Shown here in pieces: positions 4,810 to 12,784 of a DNA stretch of 42,385 nt; the first letter of the stretch is position 1; the number at the start of each line of letters is the position of its first letter. Location of the stretch: contig CAZAVD010000002.1 of assembly GCA_964488715.1 (NCBI GenBank), positions 7,093-49,477 of the forward strand, read 5' to 3'. Under the pieces are notes generated by a model, which was not told where the DNA came from, did no database searches, and saw nothing but the letters and a program-made list of their open reading frames with translations. This stretch comes from an uncultured Gammaproteobacteria bacterium. GTDB lineage: Bacteria; Patescibacteriota; Patescibacteriia; UBA2196. A program made the position numbers and the translations under genes.

Positions 4810-7269
4810 CTAAACAACAATACTAATTAATTTATTTTTAATAAAAATAATTTTTTTAGGTGTTTTATTATCTAGCCATTTTTGAATTTTTTCAGAATCT
4901 AAAACTACTTTTTTAGCTTCATCTTCAGAAATATTTGCATTTACTAAAATTTTATCTCTAACTTTTCCATTCACTTGAACTACTAACTCTATTTCATCAG
5001 CTTGAATCAAGCTTTCATCATATTCTGGCCACTTTTCTTTGGCAAGTGCTTGATCATTGCCAAGCAAGTGCCATAATTCCTCTGAAATGTGTGGGGCAAA
5101 TGGAGATAATAATAAAATTAAATTTTTATAAATTTCTTTAGAAATATTTTCTTGTTTTTCTAGATTATTTACTAAAATCATCATTTGTGAAATTGCTGTG
5201 TTAAATTTCATTTCTTCAATATCTTCAGTAACTTTTTTAATCGTCTGGTGCATCAAGATATCAAGTTTTGATTTTTGACTTGCAATTTTAACTTTTAAAT
5301 TTTGACTTTTAACTTTTTTTTGTAAATTCCAAACTTTATCCAAAAATCTTTTTACCCCAATTATTCCCTTGTCGCTCCAGGATCCACCATCTTCAAACGG
5401 AGCTAAAAATAAAACATAAGTTCTAAAAACATCTGCTCCATATTTTTTAATATAATCATCCGGAGTGATTGAACTTCCTTTTGATTTTGACATTTTTGTT
5501 CCATCTTCAGCTAAAATCATTCCTTGATGAGTTAATTTTATAAATGGCTCATCAAAATTTATTAATTTTTGATCATGTAAAACTTTTGTGATAAATCTTG
5601 CATACAATAAATGCATAACAGCATGTTCTGCTCCCCCACAATATTGATCAACTGGTAACCACTTATCTACTAAATTTTTATCAAATGCTTTGTCATTTAA
5701 ATCTGGATTTATAAATCTTAAAAAATACCAAGATGAGCACACAAAAGTATCCATTGTTTCTGTACTGCGTTTGGCATCTATTCCACATTTAGGACATTTA
5801 GTATTAACAAAATTTTTAGATCTAGCAAGCGGCGATTCACCCTCATCAGTTGGTTTAAAATCTTCTAATTCAGGCAATTGTACTGGCAAATTTTCATCTA
5901 AAACTTCACCGCATTTTTCACAATAAATAATTGGAATTGGCGCGCCCCAATATCTTTGTCTAGAAATTAGCCAATCGCGCAGCTTATAATTAACAGCTTT
6001 TTTGCCTAATTTATTCTCTTCAAGCCAATCACTAATCTTATTAATTGCATCTTTGGGCTTTGAATTATCTAAAAAATCAGAATTAACCATTTTTCCTGAA
6101 TCTATTTCTGTAAAAGCCTCTTTATCAACATCACCACCTTTAATAACTTCAATAATTTCTAAGTTATATTTCTTAGCAAATTCCCAATCTCTTTCATCAT
6201 GAGCTGGTACAGCCATAATTGCGCCTGTTCCATAATTCATCATCACATAATCTGCAACAAAAATTGGAATTGGTTTGTTATTTACGGGATTAATTGCCTG
6301 AACACCTTTTAATTCAACTCCGGTTTTATTTTTATTTAAATCTCCTCTTTCTAAATCAGATTTTTTACTAGCTTTTTGGATATATTTTTTTACTTCTTGG
6401 AAATTGGAAATTGTATCTTGGAACTTGCTGATAAGCTGATGTTCTGGCGCAATAACCATAAAAGTTGCGCCAAACAAAGTATCAGGTCGTGTAGTAAATA
6501 CTTCAAGTTTAAGGGATCCCTCCGCTCCACTCACTCGTTCCTCACTCGTTCCTGTCGGGATGACAGAAAAAAAGACATTTGCTCCCACAGACTTGCCAAT
6601 CCAATTCTTCTGCATTGTAATTGTTTTTTTAGGCCAATTAATTTTATTATGATCTTGTAATAACTTATCAGCATAATCTGTAATTTTAAAAAACCATTGT
6701 TTTAAATTTTTCTGAACTACTTCTGAATCACATCTTTCACATTTTCCAGAAACAACCTGTTCATTTGCCAATACAGTTTTACAAGAAGGGCACCAATTAA
6801 CTGGGGCTTCTGCTTGATAAGCTAAACCAGCTTTGTATAAAACAGAAAAAATCCATTGTGTCCATTTATAATATTCTGGAGAAGATGTATCAATTTCCTT
6901 TTCCCAATCATACATTAAACCTAATTCCCTAAGTTGCTGTTTTGAATATTCAATATTTTTACTTGTACTTTCAGCTGGATGAACACCTGTCTTAATTGCA
7001 TAATTTTCTGCTGGCAAACCAAACGCATCTGCTCCCATTGGCTGAAAAACATTAAAACCTTGCATTTTTTTGTATCTGCCAAACACATCTGAACCAGTAA
7101 AATTATACCCATGCCCAATATGAATTTTATCGCCAGAAGGATAATAAAACATAACTAAATTATAAAATTTAGTTTTTAATTCATTGTCTAAATCGCAAAA
7201 ATTAGTCTTATTGTCTTCCCAATACTTTTGCCATTTTTTTTCAATTATTTTGTGATTATATTCTTGCAT
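4810..7269 (-). CDS. leuS: Leucine--tRNA ligase
   Basis: YPSGDKIHIGHGYNF (HIGH), VFTTRPDTLFG, KMSKSKGS (KMSKS), 819 aa. Confidence 0.95.
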   Translation of the reverse strand: MQEYNHKIIEKKWQKYWEDNKTNFCDLDNELKTKFYNLVMFYYPSGDKIHIGHGYNFTGSDVFGRYKKMQGFNVFQPMGADAFGLPAENYAIKTGVHPAESTSKNIEYSKQQLRELGLMYDWEKEIDTSSPEYYKWTQWIFSVLYKAGLAYQAEAPVNWCPSCKTVLANEQVVSGKCERCDSEVVQKNLKQWFFKITDYADKLLQDHNKINWPKKTITMQKNWIGKSVGANVFFSVIPTGTSEERVSGAEGSLKLEVFTTRPDTLFGATFMVIAPEHQLISKFQDTISNFQEVKKYIQKASKKSDLERGDLNKNKTGVELKGVQAINPVNNKPIPIFVADYVMMNYGTGAIMAVPAHDERDWEFAKKYNLEIIEVIKGGDVDKEAFTEIDSGKMVNSDFLDNSKPKDAINKISDWLEENKLGKKAVNYKLRDWLISRQRYWGAPIPIIYCEKCGEVLDENLPVQLPELEDFKPTDEGESPLARSKNFVNTKCPKCGIDAKRSTETMDTFVCSSWYFLRFINPDLNDKAFDKNLVDKWLPVDQYCGGAEHAVMHLLYARFITKVLHDQKLINFDEPFIKLTHQGMILAEDGTKMSKSKGSSITPDDYIKKYGADVFRTYVLFLAPFEDGGSWSDKGIIGVKRFLDKVWNLQKKVKSQNLKVKIASQKSKLDILMHQTIKKVTEDIEEMKFNTAISQMMILVNNLEKQENISKEIYKNLILLLSPFAPHISEELWHLLGNDQALAKEKWPEYDESLIQADEIELVVQVNGKVRDKILVNANISEDEAKKVVLDSEKIQKWLDNKTPKKIIFIKNKLISIVV
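6396..6427. repeat. AT-rich heptad-unit element copy inside leuS
   Basis: CTTGGAAATTGGAAATTGTATCTTGGAACTTG; 18-nt core GGAAATTGTATCTTGGAA at 6406-6423, translated FQDTIS. Confidence 0.85.
6514..6564 (-). repeat. Long-form GTCATCC...GGGATCC element in frame in leuS
   Basis: Minus strand GTCATCCCGACAGGAACGAGTGAGGAACGAGTGAGTGGAGCGGAGGGATCC (51 nt, 17 codons); tandem 11-mer GGAACGAGTGA x2; encodes VIPTGTSEERVSGAEGS. Confidence 0.85.
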
Positions 7270-7381
7270 AACTTTACTTTATCCTATTTTACCTAATTTG
7301 ACAACTATGCTAAACTATAAAGCAAGATAAGAATATTATTAAAAGCATATAAAACATAGCTTAAAACAATATTTAATTATT

Positions 7382-8713
7382 TTGCTCTCTTCTCTGCTAC
7401 GCAGTGGGGTTTTTTTATTTAAAAAAATTAGCCAATTATTTGTGTGGCTAATACACCCAATTAACAAAATATTTTACTTTGTTTTTAAAAAAATAATCCT
7501 GCCAATATATAATTTAGTTTATTTTTTTAAGAAGAAACTTCAATCTGAAAAAGAAAATAGTTTAGATAATAAAATCATTTTACTTTTAGCTAATAAATAT
7601 TTAATTTACACATTGGCTGTTATTTTGTCAGCTGGAATTTTAATTAATAATTTCACAATTTCAGGCGCAGCTGCTGAAGATTTAGGTAAAAAAAGTTTAT
7701 TATACAAAATAGCACAAGGCAGTGAGTTTGAAGAAATTATTGAAGAAAGAAGCGCGATTATTGAAGAAAATATTGATAAAAAATCAAAACCAACAACTTC
7801 TTCTGAAACATCCAAAACCATTAGTTTAAATATTGAAAAAACAACTTTAACTCGCAGTGAAAAACCACGGGAAATTGATACATCAAATTTACAAGAAACA
7901 ACTGTGGCTGAAGGTTTGGCGGCTGAAACAATTTCCAAAACTGGATCCATTACTACTCTGTCAGTACCAAAACCTAAATCTGAAATTACAGAATATATTG
8001 TAGAATCTGGTGATACAATTTCAAACATTGCTAAAAAATTCCAAATTTCAATTAATACAATTTTATGGGCAAACGATTTAAGCGGGTTAAGTATTATTCG
8101 TCCAAATGACAAACTAACTATTCCACCAACCAGCGGTGTAATTCATAAAGTTAAAAAAGGTGATACTATTTCCGCTATTGCTAAGAAATATAACATTGAA
8201 CAAAATGCTATTTTAAATTTTAATCAGTTGGTTAATAATGATCAATTATCAATTGGCCAAGTTTTAATTGTGCCAGGTGGTGAAATTAAACAAATTTACC
8301 GTAGAACAACAAGTGGTTTTGCATCAGTCTTTAAACCATCTTCATCACAAAAAAAAGCTCACGGTTTTATTTGGCCAACTGTGTCACGTCGTATTACTCA
8401 ATATTATCATTGGCGTCATCATGCCCTTGATATTGGTGGTAAAACTGGTTCACCACTTTATGCTTCAATGTCTGGAAAAATTACAAAAGCTGGCTGGGGA
8501 CGCGGTTATGGTTATCATGTTGTTATTGATCATGGTGGTGGCAAAAAAACTCTTTACGCTCATATGTCAAAAATTTATGTTCAACGCGGAGATCAAGTTA
8601 CACAAGGATCCGTTATTGGCGCTTTAGGTTCAACTGGATGGTCAACTGGCCCGCATTTACATTTTGAAATTACAATTAATGGAACCAAAGTAAATCCATT
8701 GAGTTATCTTTAA
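7382..8713 (+). CDS. Secreted LysM-LysM-M23 peptidoglycan endopeptidase
   Basis: Two LysM repeats (YIVESGDTISNIAKKF..., HKVKKGDTISAIAKKY...), M23 motifs HHALDIGG and GPHLHFEI; TTG start from track, exact start uncertain. Confidence 0.85.
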   Translation: MLSSLLRSGVFLFKKISQLFVWLIHPINKIFYFVFKKIILPIYNLVYFFKKKLQSEKENSLDNKIILLLANKYLIYTLAVILSAGILINNFTISGAAAEDLGKKSLLYKIAQGSEFEEIIEERSAIIEENIDKKSKPTTSSETSKTISLNIEKTTLTRSEKPREIDTSNLQETTVAEGLAAETISKTGSITTLSVPKPKSEITEYIVESGDTISNIAKKFQISINTILWANDLSGLSIIRPNDKLTIPPTSGVIHKVKKGDTISAIAKKYNIEQNAILNFNQLVNNDQLSIGQVLIVPGGEIKQIYRRTTSGFASVFKPSSSQKKAHGFIWPTVSRRITQYYHWRHHALDIGGKTGSPLYASMSGKITKAGWGRGYGYHVVIDHGGGKKTLYAHMSKIYVQRGDQVTQGSVIGALGSTGWSTGPHLHFEITINGTKVNPLSYL

Positions 8714-8715
8714 AT

Positions 8716-8762
8716 GGTAGTCATCCTGAGCGACCTTTAGGATCGTTAGGAGCCCAAGGATC
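8716..8762 (+). repeat. Long-form GTCATCC...AAGGATC element
   Basis: GGTAGTCATCCTGAGCGACCTTTAGGATCGTTAGGAGCCCAAGGATC; near-identical to 24527-24572; begins 2 nt after the M23 stop. Confidence 0.9.
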
Positions 8763-8771
8763 TTATTGTAA

Positions 8772-8822
8772 AATTTCCAATTTCCAAGATACGATTTCCA
8801 AATAAATTTCAAATTCCAAAAT
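8772..8822 (-). repeat. AT-rich heptad-unit element, intergenic copy
   Basis: Reverse complement ATTTTGGAATTTGAAATTTATTTGGAAATCGTATCTTGGAAATTGGAAATT aligns with rsmA 1549-1606. Confidence 0.85.
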
Positions 8823-8826
8823 AAAA

Positions 8827-8861
8827 AATCCGCAGTGAAAATCTACTGCGGATTTTGTTTT
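8827..8861 (+). terminator. Rho-independent terminator, possibly bidirectional
   Basis: AATCCGCAGT-GAAAATCT-ACTGCGGATT then TTTGTTTT; A-run upstream. Confidence 0.75.
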
Positions 8862-8879
8862 GACGCGTTAAAAATCTTT

Positions 8880-9038
8880 TCAGAAAATAGTTTCTGTGAC
8901 TAATTCTGCAGATTCATTGCAATCTTTTATAAATTTCTGAGCAACTCCTGGTCGCACATCTTCATCTAGCTCCGCAATATTTTTTGCAGTAAACTTTAGT
9001 TTAACGCGCAACAATTCGTGTTTTTTATTTTTTTGCAA
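8880..9038 (-). CDS. Unannotated 52-aa ORF (TTG start) with strong Shine-Dalgarno
   Basis: AAGGAGGA, 4-nt spacer, TTG; (M)QKNKKHELLRVKLKFTAKNIAELDEDVRPGVAQKFIKDCNESAELVTETIF; TGA at 8882-8880; below the ORF-track size cut-off. Confidence 0.5.
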   Translation of the reverse strand: MQKNKKHELLRVKLKFTAKNIAELDEDVRPGVAQKFIKDCNESAELVTETIF

Positions 9039-9112
9039 AAATCCTCCTTGTTATGTGTTGTGAATTATTTTACCTAACTTTATACTTTATTCACAATATA
9101 GTCAAATTTATC

Positions 9113-9150
9113 TGTCGCCAGATAGGAACGATCGTTCCTATCTGGCGACA
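9113..9150. repeat. Perfect 38-bp palindrome, downstream flank of Cas2-like gene
   Basis: TGTCGCCAGATAGGAACGATCGTTCCTATCTGGCGACA. Confidence 0.95.
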
Positions 9151-9174
9151 AAATTATTTTGTTTTTTAATAAAA

Positions 9175-9729
9175 TTATATAACTTTCTTAGCAATAATAA
9201 ACTTTACAAATTGACTTAAATCACATTTATGAACTAAATGTCTGATTAATTTAAAAGATTGTTCTCTATTGGTTTGAAAAACACTATTTTGAAGATAATC
9301 AAAACCTAAACCATAAAGCGATTTTCTAAAAAGGTTTCTTGCTCTTTTTAATCTTTCTGGTACATCAAAAATAACTATATAAATTTCATTACTTTTTTTC
9401 TTTTTAGAACGCTTCATTTCCAGAGGATAAGAAATTAATTTTAACCAACCTTTTTTAGTTAACATTAATCTTTTTTTCTTGTCTTCTATTATAAGATCAC
9501 TTTTTTTTAATTTAGTAATCATTTGACTAATTCTTCTTTTTTCTTTTATTTCTTCTCTTTTTTCTTCATTTTTCACTTGTCTACTTTTATAAAGGTCAAA
9601 CAAATTAGGTCTATAAATATATTCTCTAAAATCAATCAATCCGCCAACTGCTCCGCCTATTATTTGTAAAACTTCTTTGGTTAACGAAGGTTTAAAAAGC
9701 TCTTTTTTATTATTATTTTTTGTTTTCAT
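9175..9729 (-). CDS. wHTH + Cas2-like (PaaX-family-like) protein, paralogue A
   Basis: IYIVIFDVPERLKRARNLFRKSLYGLGFDYLQNSVF resembles the Cas2 / PaaX middle-domain signature; LIIEDKKKRLMLTKKGW is wHTH-like; paralogue at 24714-25232. Confidence 0.6.
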   Translation of the reverse strand: MKTKNNNKKELFKPSLTKEVLQIIGGAVGGLIDFREYIYRPNLFDLYKSRQVKNEEKREEIKEKRRISQMITKLKKSDLIIEDKKKRLMLTKKGWLKLISYPLEMKRSKKKKSNEIYIVIFDVPERLKRARNLFRKSLYGLGFDYLQNSVFQTNREQSFKLIRHLVHKCDLSQFVKFIIAKKVI

Positions 9730-9741
9730 AAACTTTTTTAG

Positions 9742-9779
9742 TGTAGCGTAATAGGAACGATCGTTCCTATTACGCTACA
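9742..9779. repeat. Perfect 38-bp palindrome, upstream flank of Cas2-like gene
   Basis: TGTAGCGTAATAGGAACGATCGTTCCTATTACGCTACA; shares the 20-bp core with 9113-9150. Confidence 0.95.
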
Positions 9780-9821
9780 ATATTTTAATTAAAATATTAA
9801 TAATGTCTAATAAAACTAATT

Positions 9822-11663
9822 TCATTCCACAACTCTAAAAACTTCTTCCAAACTAGTTATGCCTTGCATTGCTTTTAAAATTCCATCTTGTGCCATTGTA
9901 ATCATTCCATTTTTTTGTGCAAGCTCACGAATCTTATATTCTGAAACTTCATTAGATAAAATTATTTCTTCAATTTCTTTATTCATTTCAAACATTTCAA
10001 ACACCCCAATCCGTCCACTATAACCTAATTTATTGCAATCTTCACAACCAACTGCTTCAAAAAAATTAATTTTAGACAAATCTTCTTTTCCCTTAATTTC
10101 TAAATTTCTTAATTTCTCATCTTTTTGCAAATCTATATTTGATATAATTGACCACACCTTATCTTTAGTACTATCATTAAGTTCCAATCTTCTTTTACAT
10201 TTTTCACATAATTTACGAACTAGCCGTTGAGCAATAATTAAATCTAAAGCTGGAGCTAATAAATATGGTTTAGCTCCCATTGCTAAAAATCTTGGAATTG
10301 CTCCAGCTGCATCATTAGTGTGCAAAGTTGATAAAACTAAGTGACCAGTTAAAGCCGCATTTAATGCAATGTCCACAGTTTCTAAATCACGAATTTCTCC
10401 TACTAATATAACATCAGGATCTTGTCTTACAATAGATCGCAAACCTTTGGAAAAAGTATATTCTTTACTCTCATTAACTTGTGACTGATTAACTCCTTTA
10501 ACTTCATATTCAATTGGGTCTTCAATTGTAATTATTTTTGTTTCAGCATCATTTAATTTATTTAAAACTCCATATAAGGTTGTTGTTTTGCCAGAGCCAG
10601 TTGGTCCAGTTGTAATAATCATTCCATTTGGGCGCTTTATTTGTTTCTTTAACATTTCAAATGCTTTTTGATTTAATCCCAAATCTTCCATTTTTAAATC
10701 TGTCATTTTAGATAATAACAAACGCATTACAACTGACTCTCCATAAGCTGTTGGTAATGTTGAAATACGGACATCAACTTTATCATCAGCCATTGCTATT
10801 GAAAATCGCCCATCTTGTGGTTTAGACTCTATATTTAATTTTAAACCAGATAAAAGCTTTAACCTAGAAATTAAATTTTGCCAAACTGATTTTTCCAAAA
10901 CAGCAGCTGTATGTAAAACACCATCAATTCTATAACGCAATTTTATTCCATCCATTTCAGCTTCAATATGAATATCAGATGAATTGGTTTTTAATCCAGC
11001 AGCAACCACAACAGAGACTAATTCAGTGGTTGAAGCTTGAGAAATTAGGTTTGAAACTTCTTCTAAAGAATTTAGTTTATTAGAAAATTTTTCTAAATCA
11101 CTTGATCCAACTTCAATTTTATTCGTAGTTTTTTTAATTTTCGGCACAGCTTCATATTGTTTTAATACTTCAGCAAAACTATTTTCAGAAGTTAAAAACA
11201 TTTCAACTGGAATTTTTAAAATTTCTGAAAACTCTTTTTGTAAAGTTGAAATTTCTTCAACGCTATTTTTTAAAGTAGCTAATCGCGCTGTTTTGTGAGG
11301 AGCATAATAAAAACAAATTACTTGTTTTTCTTTAACTTGTTCTAGAGGAATTCGTTGCAAAACATCAGCTGGAACAGGAATACCTTTTAAATCAATAAAA
11401 TCAAATCCCATTTGCTGAGCTTTAGTTTTTAAATCTTCATCTATTTCTTTTTGTTGTAATTCTTTCATTTTAGCATCCAAAGCTTGCCCTGTATTTAATG
11501 AGTTTAAATGTTTATTTTCCAAACGACTTGCCATTCCACTTGTTTGTTGACTAACTATCTCGCTTTCACTTAATTTATTTTCTTCATTAATAAAATTATC
11601 AGCATTATCTGCACTGCTATTGCTTTGTTTGTTTTCTGAAATTAAATCATTTATGTTTTTCAT
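9822..11663 (-). CDS. pilB: Type IV pilus assembly ATPase, PilB/GspE family
   Basis: Walker A GPTGSGKTT, GspE signature regions, tetracysteine CEKC...CEDC, N-terminal GspE-N-like region. Confidence 0.85.
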   Translation of the reverse strand: MKNINDLISENKQSNSSADNADNFINEENKLSESEIVSQQTSGMASRLENKHLNSLNTGQALDAKMKELQQKEIDEDLKTKAQQMGFDFIDLKGIPVPADVLQRIPLEQVKEKQVICFYYAPHKTARLATLKNSVEEISTLQKEFSEILKIPVEMFLTSENSFAEVLKQYEAVPKIKKTTNKIEVGSSDLEKFSNKLNSLEEVSNLISQASTTELVSVVVAAGLKTNSSDIHIEAEMDGIKLRYRIDGVLHTAAVLEKSVWQNLISRLKLLSGLKLNIESKPQDGRFSIAMADDKVDVRISTLPTAYGESVVMRLLLSKMTDLKMEDLGLNQKAFEMLKKQIKRPNGMIITTGPTGSGKTTTLYGVLNKLNDAETKIITIEDPIEYEVKGVNQSQVNESKEYTFSKGLRSIVRQDPDVILVGEIRDLETVDIALNAALTGHLVLSTLHTNDAAGAIPRFLAMGAKPYLLAPALDLIIAQRLVRKLCEKCKRRLELNDSTKDKVWSIISNIDLQKDEKLRNLEIKGKEDLSKINFFEAVGCEDCNKLGYSGRIGVFEMFEMNKEIEEIILSNEVSEYKIRELAQKNGMITMAQDGILKAMQGITSLEEVFRVVE

Positions 11664-11698
11664 ACTATAATTTTACATTATTTTGTAAAATAGGTAAA

Positions 11699-11740
11699 AT
11701 AAAAAGAATTACGAATTAATTACGTAATTCTTTTTTTATT
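11699..11740 (-). terminator. Bidirectional-type terminator hairpin
   Basis: AAGAATTACG-N9-CGTAATTCTT flanked by an A-run and a T-run. Confidence 0.65.
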
Positions 11741-11752
11741 ATTTTATTTTAT

Positions 11753-12769
11753 TTATTCTTCAACTATTTCAACATTCTTTTTTCTCATTACTAACCCACT
11801 AATAAATCTAGTGATTTTAGAATAAACTTGACTAGAATTTAATTTATCAAACAATAATACCCAGCAAGTCATCTGATAAGTTGAAAGCATTGCGCCAATC
11901 CAGAAAAGAATTAAAATCAAAGTTATAAAAACAATAATTGTGGCAATCATCATAAAGCCTTGAATTTGAATAGCATAAATTAAATACAGTAAAAGAGAAA
12001 GCGGAATAGCTAAAACAATTGCAACAACTATCATTGCTAAACCAGCTAAAATACTTACAAAGAAAAGCAAAATTGCCATTTCAATTGAAACAACCCAATT
12101 TTTAATAAATAATTTCCAAGCACTTTTTAATGATTGCGCAACTTTTTCTTTTTGCAAAACTACAAAAATAATTGCATATTTTATTATAAAAGAAATAATT
12201 ACTGCTAATGGAATTAAGATAACAAAAGATAATAATACAAATAAAAATTGAGTAGTTGAACTTGTTGATTTTAAATATAGCCAAGCCAATGGTGCTCCCA
12301 AAACAAACATCAGACCAACTATAATTAATTTTCCAATTATATTTAAACCTAAAACTTGCCAAAAATTTTGCCTGCCAGCTTTAAAACAAGTGCTAAAATT
12401 AGATATTTGTTTATGATATTCTTTATCAGCTCCAAAAATTAAACCAGCTTGTGAAGTAATTGCTAACCATAAAACAAAAATAAAAAGAGCTAATAAAAGC
12501 AATAATAACACTAAAACATTTGCATTAAAATTAGCAAACATTTCTGTTAAACGACTAAAAAAAGTACCTGTTAAACCACTAGCATACAAATCTTTTAAAC
12601 CAAGCAATGAATCTGATTGTTCATTAACACTAGAAAAATTATTAATTAATAAATTAACTTCACTGCTATTAGCAGCTAAAGCAGCAAAAAAACCAAAAAA
12701 CCAAAGATATTTGGCTCGCCATAAAATTTGTAAAGCGATTTTTAAAATAGGACGATAGATGGGGATCAT
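11753..12769 (-). CDS. Polytopic integral membrane protein, unknown function
   Basis: 338 aa, multiple long hydrophobic helices; no recognised motif. Confidence 0.6.
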   Translation of the reverse strand: MIPIYRPILKIALQILWRAKYLWFFGFFAALAANSSEVNLLINNFSSVNEQSDSLLGLKDLYASGLTGTFFSRLTEMFANFNANVLVLLLLLLALFIFVLWLAITSQAGLIFGADKEYHKQISNFSTCFKAGRQNFWQVLGLNIIGKLIIVGLMFVLGAPLAWLYLKSTSSTTQFLFVLLSFVILIPLAVIISFIIKYAIIFVVLQKEKVAQSLKSAWKLFIKNWVVSIEMAILLFFVSILAGLAMIVVAIVLAIPLSLLLYLIYAIQIQGFMMIATIIVFITLILILFWIGAMLSTYQMTCWVLLFDKLNSSQVYSKITRFISGLVMRKKNVEIVEE

Positions 12770-12784
12770 ATGATTGTAATTTAA

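Noticed and set aside
5690-6660. Plus-strand ORFs of 66-94 aa inside leuS. Similar nested antisense ORFs lie inside the M23, pilB, ftsH, S1, CNNM, MBL, gyrA, rpoC, rpoB, ligA and giant-protein genes (for example 7606-8112, 20996-21466, 36894-37415, 27297-27575).
   Set aside because: Each lies entirely antisense to or out of frame within a gene with strong family motifs. They encode low-complexity peptides, lack SD sites, and are the expected by-product of AT-rich coding sequence.
7270-7381. A T-box or other leader riboswitch upstream of leuS.
   Set aside because: Only about 110 nt are available, shared with the divergent M23 gene promoter. That is too short for a T-box, and no specifier or T-box motif was seen.
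9113-9779. A possible CRISPR-Cas locus, because two Cas2-like genes are present.
   Set aside because: There is no array. Each palindrome occurs only as a pair flanking its gene rather than as regularly spaced repeats with spacers, and no cas1 or effector genes are recognisable in the window.
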